This document shows positions 1 to 13,428 of a stretch of DNA of 64,000 nt, in pieces. A program made the position numbers and the translations under genes. Below the pieces are notes generated by a model. The model saw only the letters and a list, made by a program, of their open reading frames with translations, was not told the DNA's origin and did not search any database. The DNA is from Nitrospirales bacterium (GTDB taxonomy: Bacteria > Nitrospirota > Nitrospiria > Nitrospirales > UBA8639). The stretch covers positions 160,001-224,000 of the forward strand of contig CBDBCZ010000010.1 of NCBI GenBank assembly GCA_965203295.1. Reading direction: 5' to 3'. Positions within the stretch are counted from its first letter, which is position 1, and every line of letters begins with the position of its first letter.

Positions 1-619
1 TACCTCGGTAAAGCGGTCAAGATGCAATTCTGGACGGTCAAAACTTTATGACCTGCCACATTAGAAACGCTGAAAGAGATAGACTGCTTCATGAACCATC
101 CATCACTAACTTACTCATCACTCATGTCGCTACTCTGTCACGAGCATGAGCTATACGTTTGCCGCAAATGAACTCGAGGTTAGAAGAGACGATTGCGTCA
201 ATGGATGATGTCACGTATAGCTCGCTAATGTAATTCCATTGAGAAGAATACGGAAGGTATATACAGTGGTATACGGTATCTGGCTTAAGTAGCTCTACAA
301 CCTTAGAGGGGACGGGTTAGGATGCCCCTTCCAAAACTTTGGCTTACAAATACGGAGCTGTGCTGCAGAAGTTTGGGCTTGAATGCAGTGGATTCTCAGT
401 GAGCTTGCAAAATATTACATGTGCTCGGTAAGGTAGCGGTTTTAACCACTCAGATTCTAGCTAATTTTCTTTGAAAACTGCTAAACTTACACAAGATCAC
501 TTGCGAAGCGGCTATTATTGCTCCTCTCTGCCCGAGACAGTTTCTTTACAGCTTAGTTATATAGTTGCGTTCCACTACAGTGCACGTGATTGCATCCAAC
601 CTGGAGCCCTCCTGGAGAT

Positions 620-1403
620 TATGCTTTACAAGTACTTGCGCTCGCTTCGCTCGCGCAAGTACTTGTGCGTGTTCAACTCGCTCACTCTGTACAGATAGAA
701 GTGAAAAGTGTGACCTCTATGTGATTTGCATGGAATAGTATAGCCTCTTCTGCCAATGAAGCAGTGCTTTTGACTAAGCCGCATGTCAGTTAAAAATTGA
801 CTCGTCACAGTGGGGGGTAAGTATATAGTACGTGTGCACACTACATTTCTTTTAGAAGCCAAAGCATGTATTAAGTAATGTACATGTAGTATAGCTATCA
901 TATGGAATGTGGAGCATCTGCCAGTGGCAGTAGCCTGATCGAGACTTTGACAGTAGTTTCTGCCTGAGCTATGTGGAGGCAGTAACTCAAAGGAGAGACT
1001 GCAAACAATTACAAAACCATACTCACATCAGCACATGTAGGCGCCAGAACTGACTCCATTTAATGCACATCGTTGTATTTTGTCTAGCGTAGCAGTTACA
1101 GCTGTGCATGGTTTGCACTTACAGGACTATACAGCCACTAACCTTCGCAATAGAGCGCGCTCGAAGTGCTGATTTGAGGCCATCATGATAATACCGTCGG
1201 CTGTCTGAGCATCCCAACGCACGCAGCGGTCGAAGTCGTCCCAGCGTGTGCAGCGGTCAAAGTACTAATTATCTATGTACACATATGATGACGTCACGGT
1301 CTTCTCGCGTATTCTCGCGCAATCGAGGGTGATGATTAGCCGACGTCACATCCGTTACACACGGACGGACGGACGGACAGAACTAACGTTAAAGTATTGA
1401 TTG
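620..1403 (-). mobile_element. Non-autonomous Helentron/DINE-like repeat, copy 1
   Basis: (GTCC)n microsatellite near the 5' end on the minus strand (~1360-1380) and hairpin CAAGTACTTGCGCTCGCTTCGCTCGCGCAAGTACTTG at ~628-666; inverted homolog at 2551-3640. Confidence 0.5.
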
Positions 1404-1433
1404 ATGATTGATGATGATGATGATGATGATGAT
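1399..1433. repeat. (GAT)n microsatellite
   Basis: gatgatgatgatgatgatgat run. Confidence 0.9.
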
Positions 1434-2550
1434 AGTGCGTGTTATTTGGCGTTCTGTAGACGCGGACCCTTTTTAAGACGTCTATTGCCTACTTTTAGCG
1501 CGACTTGATCGAGATCAGTGCTTGCTAGATTTGCAGACGGTATTTTGCCTCGCGGCTGGCCTAAGATTGTACAAGGTCAAATGGTCAAGAGGTGTAGTTC
1601 TGTACGGTCAAACGGTCAAGAACCATTTTGAAAGACGGTCAAGCGGTCAAATAGTAAAATTGACGGTCAAAATTTTTTGACCCCGGTCTTAGCTGTGACT
1701 ACAGTGCATATTGGAGTGACCACCCCTTGCACTACTTGCTTCGAGCGATATCACACATTCGATAGGTACAAACTCTAGGCTTACATTATATGTACACTAT
1801 GGACAGTATCTATAATGACTTAAGCGCCAATAAAAACCTTGGCACAGCAAATCTCATCAACTCGCATACTGCTTTCACACTCTTACTACCCCACCCCCCC
1901 CCCCCCACACACACACATGCTCAAACACACACGCAAAGTACCTGGAACGCTCGGGTTTTAATTTGCTCCCTACAGTATCCAAAGGCCGCCTTAGAGTAAC
2001 AAAAGGTTTCTTCGCTACTTTTGTACTAATCTAGCTCTCTAGCTCTCTTGGCAGAACCCCAGCCCTTTCATACCAGAAATCACAAAGTGCTTACACAACT
2101 CACCAGTCAATCTTGGATAAATCTCGATGCATCCGCGACAAGACTGTCAGGTTCGCCTCAAAATGACTCTCGAAGGGTAGACACATCTTCTATCGCAATA
2201 ACTAAAGCCTCCATTTCTGTCCTTTTCAAACAGTCGGCAGTCAACGACGACGGTAAGTGACTCGATCGATATAGACGCCATTTCTACGCAGCGTGGTAAA
2301 ATTAATTTGGCGTAGGGCCATACCCTCGATTGCGTAACGTGGTGTGCAAAGAGTTAAACCCTGCAGCTAGCACTCTGTGCAGCAGTGTACAATAGCATAT
2401 AACTGCTGTTGCGAAATTTTGTAATTAATTACTGGTTGCCATAGTCCATAAGATTTCATGTGGGTCTTTCACTGCACATGTAATGAATTCTTGCTGTATG
2501 ACGGGAAATGGGCAGTTATAATTATACCTACTATATATACTGAAAACCTT

Positions 2551-3640
2551 ATCAATACTTTAACGTTAGTTCTGTCCGCGCGTGTGTGCGTCCATGTGTA
2601 ACGGATGTGACGTCAATCTAATGAACCTCAGTTGCGCGAGAATACACGAGAAGGTCGTGACGTCATCACAGTACACGCGCACTTCGACCGCTGCATGCAT
2701 GTGTTAAGATCACGAGACGCTCTGACAACCGACAGGATTATTACGACGGCCTCAAATGAGCACTTTGAGCACACTCTGTCACAAAGGTTAGTGGCTAGAT
2801 AGTCATGTAAGCATATACAGCTGCGGTAATCTGCTTAGTACGGTAGACAAAAAACGACGATGTGCATTAAATGGAGTCGGTGCCATTCGCCTGCATCCCG
2901 GTACATGTACGTACACATGTAGGCTATGGCTGTGAAGAGCTAGGTTTCGATCCTAGCTTACCGTCATTATTCTGTTAATATGCAAGCAACTAAATTTTCA
3001 GTTTTTGTTTGCGCTAAATTAGATTCATTGAAAATTCCTGGAATAGAATTTCTTGCGCTAGAATAGATCATGTGTTGTAAAGGAGTGGTTTAGTCGCTTT
3101 GAAAGAGGCCGGTTTTTCAAGAGGTAGGCTCAAGGTTTCAGAATTTTGATAGGCAGCAGGACCAAGAAGAGCCATTTGGTGACTTCACTGAGAAACAGTT
3201 GTTTTATCTAATAGTTTATAATGCAATTTACAAAGTATATTTCCTGGAGTTGTACTCCTCTTGCAATAGATTGGATTCAGCTTAAAATAATTAGTGATGG
3301 ACTTGCGCTAGATTAGATTCATAATAAATTCCTAGAATCACAATTTCTTGCGTTAAATTGGATCATGCGTAATGATAGAATAAAGACGGTACCTGTTTTG
3401 TTTTGTAGTTCTTTGCAGTCTCTACTTAGTGTTTAGCATTGCCTCCACATGGCTCAGGCATAGATTATATACGTCTACATAATATGCATATTACCTCAAT
3501 CTATAGCTCAGTCAGGAACATGTCAGCTACACTATAGTCTACTGTCACACGGTAGATGCTCAATAAAGTGCTTTGGCTGTTGAAAGAACATGGTGTGCAC
3601 AACACCCGCCACTTGAAGTAGAGGCACATTGAAGTGATTC
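2551..3640 (+). mobile_element. Non-autonomous Helentron/DINE-like repeat, copy 2 (inverted relative to copy 1, with insertion ~2900-3390)
   Basis: ATCAATACTTTAACGTTAGTTCTGTCCG... is the reverse complement of ~1375-1403; similarity continues to ~2880 and resumes at ~3395-3600. Confidence 0.5.
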
Positions 3641-4045
3641 ATATACTGTGCTTTTGGGTCGTGCTATGGATGCATTTTCCCTCCAAGACTAGGAGAAGTA
3701 CACACTAGGCTTGTTTAAGCCTAGTGGTACCATAATTCCTGGCCCATTAGAGGGCAGAAAGTGAAGTGGACTCTCGACAACTACCTGCTTGCCCTGAAGA
3801 AAGTTTCAGCACAAACAAAGATTGGCATTGGCTATATCTCTTGTGAAGCATTTTAGAGTGAGGTCAGGATTGCCAAAAATTACTCGAATTCTGAAACGTG
3901 ACTGCATGCTATAACCTCCTTCATTAATAATAGCATTCATCTGGCAGTGGACTGTCAAAGGGCAAGAACAGTAAGCCTTGTAATAGAGGTAGCTGCAGAT
4001 AGGAATCTGGCTTTAGTTCAGGAGACAAAGAAAGAAGGATGATTC

Positions 4046-4330
4046 GAGTACAGCGAAATTTATGCGTACGTGAAAGAGGGGACATATCCGAGTGACTACA
4101 GCAAGGAGGAGAAGCGTGCTCTTCACAAGCGAGCGAAATTCTTCACTGTGAATGGAACTACGCTGAACTACATTGGTGGTGGTAAGCAAGCTACTTATCT
4201 ACATATATTTCTGTGGCTCTAGATTAAGTATTTACGTGAACAATAATACACGGTGTAGGCAAAGATGGCCCCAGAATACTGGTAATATGGGGCCCGGGGG
4301 GGGGGGGGGGGGGTCCATTTTATCTTGACA
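4046..4330 (+). mobile_element. Possible Ginger/GIN-like integrase N-terminal fragment with a ...TGACA terminus
   Basis: Translates EYSEIYAYVKEGTYPSDYSKEEKRALHKRAKFFTVNGTTLNYIGG followed by GTAAG; ends TTGACA-CCGG after a G run; other end not found. Confidence 0.35.
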
Positions 4331-4529
4331 CCGGTACAAAGGCTGTTGCAGCAGGTGCTCCACTGAAGAGTGAGATAGAGGCTTTGACAACGTTTGTACA
4401 CACTACTATTAGCTGTGTCTGGTACAGAAAGATCACTCCCAAGTGTAAAGATTTTTGGGAAATGAAATAAATAATTCACAGCAACAGTCGTGGCCTCTAC
4501 AGATTAACCAACCTTGTTTTAATGATATA

Positions 4530-4875
4530 TGGATCATTTCTAGAAAAAAAACACTGGAAAAGTTCCACAGTCTCTTCGTTGCTGATATCGGTGAGAATTC
4601 TTCTATCACTTTTCGAGTGGCAGCCATTTTAACGTTAACTCTCGCAGTTAAAATTATGCAAGTAAGAGCGTGCACGCGTGGTAATTGGCGAATGAACATG
4701 CAGTGGAACTACTTGCACTGCTATTACTACTGCTTAGCCCTTGGATAGTCCCAAACGTGAGTTCTATGGTATGTAGTCCTGTAAGTGTAATTACATGAAA
4801 ACAATCCAGCCTACAACTAACTGCTAGACAAGCCTAGCCCTGAGGATGTGCATTAAATAAGGTCACGATTCTCAG
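4530..4875 (+). repeat. Dispersed/tandem repeat unit; second copy is 5795-6000 continued at 37484-37664
   Basis: GGATCATTTCTAG..GGAAAAGTTCCACAGTCTCTTC at ~4531 and ~5794; TACTGCTTAGCCCTTGGATAGTCCC..CTAGACAAGCCTAGC at ~4728 and ~37521. Confidence 0.8.
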
Positions 4876-6300
4876 TGCTGTTTCAACGATGCCCCTTGTG
4901 GCTAGCTTGTGTGTTGGTTGCTGTGCACAGATAGCTACAGGCTACAGTAACAGTGCCATATATCGCTCACCACTGCAGAGTAATACATGTTGCGCACAAC
5001 CAGTCTACCAGCAAATAAAAAGCATTGCATACTTTGTCGCAAGTCATGCTATCTCTTGCTTGTGGTATGTGGGGAGATAGCTCCTGCTTGCAGAGCAGCT
5101 AACTGTTGTCTCAGCTGCATGCTGTTGGTCTAGCTTTAGTGCAGCTACCCTGTATCCATGTGAGGCATGGTCTATCACCCAGCTTGCTGTTGCACTGGCA
5201 TCCGTCTCACAAGAAGGCCACTATCATTCTTGGTCCCATGATTTAATGTGAAATATAAAAAGATAGCAGTGAATATCATTCCTCTTTATGTCCAGTGTAT
5301 TCCTTCTGGTTAACACCACCACCGTACCGCCCCCTACACTTAAAAAGAATCTCACTCTCTTGTCGCATATAGCATACTTCTCTGTCTTAGTGCACCTATC
5401 AGAATAGGTACCTTCAAAGTCTGAGATAGCTCTATAGGGATGGTATAGCAGGGGAAATCAGCTTTCCTGCATCCATAGCAGCCATGTCTCGTGCACCGGA
5501 GAATATACATTCTTGGGCCTTCCTCATGAATGCACAGGGAAACTTGCAGAGAAACTTGGGAACATGGTGAACATTAATGGTAATGGCTATATACATGTAG
5601 TACGTAGTTGCAGCAACATAGCCATGCAGAACCTAGAGAAAGGGATTTGGGTAGCACAAGTGTAATATGTAGGGTTTGCATTCTTCTAAGAATTTAGTAA
5701 TATACACTTGTTTCTCCGTTCACCCATATCAGTGATCACTCGCATCTCTGTTCATCCGAAGTCTTTACACTTGGAAGTGGGTTAGTTATATAAGGATCAT
5801 TTCTAGGAAAAGTTACATTGGAAAAGTTCCACAGTCTCTTCATTGTGGAGAAACCGGTGAGAATTCTTCTATTGCCTTTCGAGTGGCAGCCATTTTGATG
5901 TTAACTCTCGCAATGAAAATTATGCAAGACTACGCGTATAATTATAGTGTGTGCGCGTGGTATTGAACTGGCAAATAAACAATGGAACATACCTTTTTTC
6001 GGATCAACCATAGTAGACGGACCAGATACCATAGCGGATGTGGGAAGCCATACAAGTAATGCACGTGAGAGGGCGTGATCACGTGACTGCATAAGAGTGA
6101 TTGGCTACAGGCGTGGTCCATTGGCGAACGATCGAGGTAGCTAGCTAGCTATCTGGTTGAGCAGCAGATTATACTGGCAGCAAGAACGCATCAACAGTAC
6201 AGAACGAAAGAAAACTCAAAAAATACAGGTACCACAGATTTAAAATAAACTATGGTATAGTTATCGACGTAAGTAATGACAAGATGTTTTTAATGTATGC

Positions 6301-7214
6301 CTACACAGGATATCTGAGGGCAATGTCCCGGCACAAACTGTGCATTGCAGCAGATGCAGTTCGCCCATGGTGCTCACGCCACATGAACTCGTCAAGATAC
6401 GAACTCAACATCTGCTCATGACAACCCTTCATCCTCTTGATCTTTGTTTTCACCCTGTTCCAGTATGACTCTACATTTTGAGTATGCACACCAGTTGCTG
6501 GGTTGACAAAGTTATGGAATGATTCACTACCTGATGTTGAGTAACTGGTGTAAGCTGCTGTACCCGATTGTAGGCTGCCCATTCATCACTCCAGACTATT
6601 GTTCCTGGCCGACAATGCTGCTGGATTATTGGGAGAAGCGTGTTTGCATCTCGCCAAGGAACCAACTCAATCACTCCAAGTGCTGGAGTGTGGCTGGTAT
6701 CTACCAGTCCAAATACCCACTTCTGGCCTCGTAGTGGACGCCCCCAATGTTTCTGTAAGATTATACAGATTAGTACATCTGATTACGTGTTTCTGCACTT
6801 TTCAGCTTCATGTACATTTGCGTACCTTAGGATTATGTTTGAACAAGGATTCATCTATCTGGACAACCACACCAGGGCCACCCAGCATCATATGGGAATC
6901 CCGGTTGAGCAGTGTCCAGCTACAAATGTCTCTGAAGTACTGATATGCTTGGATGCTCGTCATTTCAGTCAATTTTTGCTTCCTCTGCAGCAGCGGTTAC
7001 TGGGTATTCCCTACACTACCAGTGCATCAAGACCAATCACTGCTGCAGAGAAAGCTTGGACTTCTCAAAAATGCTCCCGTCTCTTAGACTCCTCGACTTC
7101 CTGCAAGTCGGATCTGGGCACCGCCACCTGCCATGGATACCAGTTACTTGTTACTAATTGTGATATTTTGTTATTTTAGCTGAGTACTTGCGCTTGTCCT
7201 GTACATCACTACGC
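6301..7214 (-). pseudogene. Merlin transposase, central and C-terminal part (stops and frameshifts, short introns)
   Basis: RWRCPDPTCRK, GGPGVVVQIDESLF, GTIVWSDEWAAY, NFVNPATGVHTQNVESYWNRVK, SSYLDEFMWR motifs typical of ISXO2/Merlin DDE transposases. Confidence 0.9.
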
Positions 7215-7429
7215 CAGTCATGTTCAGGTTTGCCATCATATTCCTTATCCCATGTGGACTGTCCCATGCACACCAAGGAGTCCCAGGGACAGCCCAAGGG
7301 AGTCCCCATGAACTACAGGATGGTCCCAAGGATTCATCTGTCCCAAATTTCCACTTATCCTAAACTTCCACACTGGAGCTTCATCCTGAGAGACACTCTG
7401 AGGATGGTCCATCAAGTCCCCTGGTTTGC

Positions 7430-7805
7430 GGACAGTCCTAGGGATTTCCCCTATCCCACCACAAGGACCTCAATCCTCACCGTCCATCCTGTCCCCTAGT
7501 CTCTAGGGGACACTGAGGACAGTCCTAGGGATTTCCCCTGTCCCACCACAAGGACCTCGATCCGAACAGTCCACCCTGTCCCCTAGTCTCTAGGGGACAC
7601 TGAGGACAGTCCTAGAATTTCCCCTGTCCCACAACAAGGACCTCAATCCCACAGTCCACCCTGTCCCCTAGTCTCTAGGGGACACTGAGGACAGTCCTAG
7701 GGATTTCCCCTGTCCCACAACAAGGACCTCAATCCCCACAGTCCATCTTGTCCCCAGTCTCTAGGACACTGTGATGATGATCCCCAGGGATTTCTTCTGT
7801 CCCAC
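7430..7805 (+). repeat. Left subterminal array, ~85-87 bp monomers (about 4.5 copies)
   Basis: GGGATTTCCCCTGTCCCAC...GTCCCCTAGTCTCTAGGGGACACTGAGGACAGTCCTA repeated at ~7441, 7528, 7615, 7700. Confidence 0.9.
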
Positions 7806-8535
7806 ACAACATAATTCTTTACATGTAACTGCTCACATCTGGAGTTCTGCAGATGATAGGAATTGTAAATCACGGAGAGTAGAGTCACAAAAGAAAAATT
7901 GGAATAATAGATTGCAATGAGGGTATAATCATTGGATAATGCAACATCTGGCCAAAAAAATGAGAATCATTAGTGAAAGTAAATCCAGGACCTGGTTGAG
8001 AAAGGATTGTCATGCGTATGAGTGGATGGCAATCACTTACAACATGAAAGCTGTGTTATATAACTGTTGAAGGTAATGGGAAATGGCCATGGCAGCAGTA
8101 ATAAGATATTGGCCGGAGGTATAAATGCACGTTCACTGGGAAAAAAAACAGCAGGATTGTGAATTACTTTCCCCAGTGTTGGAGTGTTCGATGGACTTGG
8201 GGTGGACTTCTTTCTTGGGCTTGTTCCCACTGGCTGTGGGCATGGTCTCTTGGCATCACTACCACCTTGTGAATCAGCACTATGGATGAAAAATAAATGG
8301 CTCTGGATGCATGTAGGCTAGTAATTGTGCTAATCAGAACTACAGTTTTATTATATAATAAACAGCTTACAGTCCAAGAGAATACATCATTCTTGCTATT
8401 CCTCACTGGTCATACAACTCAAAAGTGCCTCTTTCCTGGCAGTATTAATTAATGAGTTGCTCAATTTTCAGTATATGTTTACAATAGATCACTGCGTAGC
8501 ATGGTGGATGCCCCGTTATCTACTGCGGGAATTAA

Positions 8536-9171
8536 CTCATTGCACGCCGTAATTACGTCACGTGCGTGATGCTCCACGCCACAGTTTCTACAAAAATGGC
8601 GTACTAAAAGTTTTAGTACAGCGTATGGCTATTTTTATGCTTACCAAGTCAAGTATCCAGCGAATTTTCTGTCGTATTTGTTGGAAGACTACCAGCTACA
8701 GCCATTGAAGGCAAAAAGGGCAGCGGATTGGAACCAAGAAGGGATTCAGGATCGATAACACGATACACGGTAAGTTCGACACGGTACTGTGGTCTTGACG
8801 CTCAGGCAGCAAAGATCGACGATCCTGCTGAAGCCCCCGTCTCTCTCCTGAACCAGTTACCATAGTATCTGCCAATGAAGTTGACTACAAAGCCTAACTA
8901 ATTGTGTAGCAGTGTAGGTAGCCGTAGCTAATCGTCTTGATCAGTTGTATATTTTGCCGTGTATATCCGTTCTATTACTGAGTAGACCGACTTTCGGCAC
9001 AGTTACATCACTATTAGTAATCACTGTACTCAATTTTATGGCTAATAAAGGAAGGGGTTGCCCCTCCTGGCCGATAAATGAACTTGCCGTTTCTACGGCC
9101 ACTTTAATGGCCCGTGGCGTAGCGGAAGCGTTACGTAAAGGCCAATAAAGTGGCCCGTGGCGCGCAATGAG
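8536..9171. mobile_element. piggyBac-like MITE (636 bp)
   Basis: TTAA at 8532-8535 and 9172-9175; TIR CTCATTGCACGCC / GGCGCGCAATGAG. Confidence 0.85.
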
Positions 9172-10839
9172 TTAAAGTCATCTCCTGAGATAACTTTCCC
9201 AAGGTAGAAAACGGGTTATGCAACCCGCTACACAGTAATCTAGCTATCTTGCACTATGACCCATTAAATGCTGAAGTTTGAATGGTTAGAAGGACTTGGG
9301 TATAGTATAAACATACATTACACCTAGTAAATGCACCAGGTACCATGTAAATACACAATCAGTACCAGCTCAACGCTCACTGTCTTTATTTTGTAAATCA
9401 CATACCGTTCATCAACTGTCACTGTAAGAGACCTGGCATATTCAAGCAGAGATACTTGGTACTTCTCGGCCAACTTCTGTGCTATTGCACTCTTGCCTTC
9501 TGCATCATCGGGCACTTCCACCTTTTCAAACTGCCATGTCTGCAGCATTGGGGATGTACAAACAGTATAGCTCAAATTGCTAAACAGCCTAAAACATGCA
9601 GGGCGGGCTTCTGCTGTTCAAACATAGGCTACAAGCAGACATGATCTAAGCAAAAACAATCACATAGATGCCTGCATATCTGAATATTCATGGCTGTTTT
9701 ACTAAGCCAGTCCCTGTTTTACAAAGGCCGTGGGATAGTGATGATCACTTCCACACTCTACAGCTGTAGGGGAAATACACATTCAGTAACCCACCTACCT
9801 TCACTGATCCCAGAGATCTTTTCCTTACGAGCTTCCCCAAACCATCTTCTTCCAGATTTTTCATAGCCTGGAGACCTCCTTCAACGTTCCCTCTGGAACG
9901 AAACTTCTTTTACCTATTCAGTCGTCAGGTCCAGTACCGTCCCAGGTAAGGTAAGGATCATGGCTTCCGTTGAAATTAACATAACACCTCCAAATACTGC
10001 TGATGTCATGCAGCTGCTGTTCAAAGGGAACTGCAATTAACAGTACCTGTCAAGTGAGGAGAGCAAGGTACAGATTGTAAGTACTTTCTCACTGTAGAGA
10101 ACACATCGTAGGTTTGAATGGGATGGTATACACATAATTACCAAAAATTACAGTGTCAGAATAGCAGTACTCTCAGTGGCCACACATTTCAGAGAACTAA
10201 TAAAGTAGAGCACATAATTATGTCAAATTGTCTTGCCTGCTTCAATTAGTTAAGGTCATCACTAATTTTTCCACGTCCAGTGATGAAGGCAGCACATTTC
10301 GACAAAATCGATGGCTGCTTTCACAGCAGCTTGAAAGTCCGTTGTTGTGGATAGCTCTGTTGTATCCAGGCTGAAGAGCACATGCAAGGCAGCTGCAACT
10401 CACAAAATCTGCCCCATGGATTTACTAAGCATACCTAGAAATTGCAAACACAGCATGGAATAATTTGTTGGATATTTCCAACTCTCAACATGTGTGGGTG
10501 TACTGAAAAAGTGAACGAGTTGTCAAACACTTCAGCTTTCCAATGCAGTTAAAAACTCTAGCCAATTACCTCAAAGCAGGTCATCCACAGCAGCAATTGC
10601 CTCCAATTGTCCCTGCACCTTGTCATACTTCTTGATAAAATTGTCTGATATGAGGTCTTTCTCTTGGGGTAGCTCAAATACATTAACCTCTGGTTGATGT
10701 CCTGGTGGCTTTCTCCTCCACACACTAGCAAGAGTATTCACTGTAACAAAGGCAATTGTTGCACTGTAGCCAATATTCTCCCATAGCTAGACTATTATAT
10801 CATGGCAGCCATACATCAAAGGGACCACCGGCTGTTTAA

Positions 10840-13428
10840 CCCTTTACCGACCAATGACGGCTTTTGCCGTCATTAAATATAGCGTATACTTAAGCGCCTC
10901 GATCTCCACGCGCACACAAAAGGGGGTTCCCCTCTATTGATAATAACATTCCAGAAGTACAGCGCATGAATTTGATTGGCTTCTCGAGGGGGTTTCCGCA
11001 TACAAATTTTTGAGATAATTGACAATGAATAATAGCTGCTAAAAGTAAACGGAAAGGCCATCAATGATTATTGCGGTAGCTGAGACTATTGGATTTGCAG
11101 CTATACAAACCAGTTCTTCTAAGAACTACAGCTACCGTGAAGGCTGTTGTGTGTGCCTAGAGATGGCTAGGTCATTTTTTTCCGGGAGCCAGGTCTGCGA
11201 GATTGTCTGTGGGGATGATGGTGATGAGTACATCTTCTCGGGCAGCGATGATGACTTGGGGATGGACGACCTTGATGACAGCAACCTGGAGGGAGATAGT
11301 GAGTGTGATGAGACCTTGCTCGACACACATGGTAGAGGCTCAGAGAACGTACCTAGTGATGATGAGCCAGTGGAGCAGCCCAGTCCCCTCCCAGGTCCTA
11401 GTGGCTTGCAGCCTTACGCTACCAGGCTACGATCTCGCCAGACAACACCCGCGTCGCCTCCTCTGCTGACACCAGCATCGCCGCCTCTGCTGACACCAGC
11501 ATCGCTGCCTCTGCCACCACCATCTGAGACACGGTCTCGCCAAGGAAGAGGCCAGGTGACTCGACCTGCAGGGGAAGAGAGCCGCAGAATTGAGTGGTCG
11601 AGTGAGCCGTCTAGTGTTGTCGTGCAGCCATTTACGATGGACGTAGGACCAACATTCCAGCTTAGCGCTGTACCAACAGAGGTGTTCCTGCACTTCTTTA
11701 CACCCCAGCTCATTGAACTCATAGTGCAGGAGACGAACCGCTATGCTGCACTGTGCTTGTCTTCCACAGCCGAGGCCGGTAAACCAGTACGAGACTGGAA
11801 GACGAACCCTGAAGAGATAAGGGCATATCTGGGGTTCCATATTTTGATGGGTCTGAACCATCTGCCTGACCTCTACGATTACTGGTCTGTTGACGCTTGC
11901 TATCATTACTTCCCGGTAGCATCGAGAATCTCGAGGAAGAGATTTCTGGAGATACAGCAGTTCCTCCACTCCATCGACAACGCCACCATTGTGCCTCATG
12001 GAGAGTCAGGGTACGACCGTTTGGCCAGGGTACGTCCGGTGATTACCGCCATCAAAGACACCTTCCTCTCCAGCTATCATCCTCACCGAGACAATGCCAT
12101 AGATGAGGCAATGATCAAATTCAAAGGACGGTCTGCGATGAAACAGTTTGTTCCACTAAAACCAACTAAGCGTGGTTTTAAGGTCTGGGTGCGGGCAGAC
12201 AGTGTGATCGGCTACATCTCCGACTTTGATGTCTACACAGGCAAAGAGGGTGCCCCGGAGAAGTACCTTGGGGAGAAGGTGGTGAAAAAGTTGACCCGGC
12301 CTTTGGTTGGTGGCAACTACCACACGTATTGCGACAACTATTTCACCACAGTGGCACTGTTTGAAGACCTTCTGGATGATGGCATCTATGCCTGCGGAAC
12401 ATTCCGCAGGGATCGCCGTGGAATTCCAGAGGCCCTCAAGAAACCAGGTAATTGCTGCCTGCAAATAAAGACAGAGAGTTACAGCTATGTAAACACACCA
12501 CACAAAGTAATCACAGGTGCACTTCCTCTTCACAATGCAAAGCAATAATTATGTCAGGAGAGGACTGGTACTGTAGTGTAAAGGTTAATTAATAGCATTG
12601 CATTACCAAATGAGATAACCATACCCCATATGCATGTATGTATGTACTTGAATTTCATAGAACATACCTTGAAGAGAGGGGAGTCCATCTTTCGCCAGAA
12701 GGGCAATCTGGTGGCCAACATCTGGCAGGATAAGAAGGTCGTGTCGGTGATGTCCACCAACTGCCAGCCCACCGGTCCCACAAAAGTCCGCCGGAAGCAG
12801 AAGGATGGCACCACTGAAATCGTCACATGCCCCCCCAATGTTGTTGAATACAATAAATTCATGGGGGGTGTGGACAGGAGCGATCAACTCCGGGGTTACT
12901 ACAGGGTGCGTACCAAGTCCAGGAAATGCTACCGCTACATTTTTTGGTTCCTGGTGGACTCCTGCATCGTGAATGCCTTCACGATCAGCAAGTACTACTG
13001 CCCCAAAACCGACAGCAGCCGCTAAGTCGTCATCAAAGACTTTCGGCAACAGCTGGCATTAGGCCTCATCGGAGACTACAACACCCGGCAAAGATACGTA
13101 CTGCCAGCATCCATCAGGGCAGCTGCCTGCCACCTCACACCCCCACCAGCTAAACAGCAGCGGAGAACAGTTTCTGGGGAAGGCCATTTCCTCATCAAGG
13201 GGCCAAGTTCACGCTGCCACTGGTGCTGGAACTACAGGAGGCATAGGAGGCATAGGCGCCATGAGTCGACGGTGCACTATAGACTGTGTGGCAAGGCGTT
13301 CTGCCTGGTGCCTCGAGACGGCACACACGGACCATCGTGCTTCGAGCGCTTCCACACTGTAGTTGAGGCCAGTTCCACCTAGCAGACACTTCACAACAGT
13401 TTTCTTTCACATTGTCATGTTTTATAAC
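10840..13428 (+). mobile_element. piggyBac transposon, right end deleted
   Basis: TTAA at 10836-10839 then CCCTTTACCGACC; transposase inside; no matching right TIR seen, and sequence switches abruptly to the DUF3987-like exon at ~13429. Confidence 0.8.
11163..13382 (+). pseudogene. piggyBac (PGBD4-like) transposase with intron 12448-12660, stop/frameshift near 13025
   Basis: IDEAMIKFKGR, YCDNYFTT, YNKFMGGVDRSDQ catalytic DDD motifs; C-terminal Cys-rich RCHWCW..CGKAFCLVPR..CFERFH. Confidence 0.9.

Noticed and set aside
471..5080. Short ORFs (60-100 aa) in the ORF track as genes
   Set aside because: No recognisable motifs; they overlap repeats. Many similar ORFs elsewhere are antisense shadows of TE genes.
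6301..7214. Bacterial IS1595 element or contamination
   Set aside because: The gene has GT-AG introns and is nested with eukaryotic elements, so it is Merlin.
7430..7805. Palindromic ~86-bp repeats as CRISPR or REP elements
   Set aside because: Whole monomers are conserved with no variable spacers; they are explained as transposon subterminal arrays.
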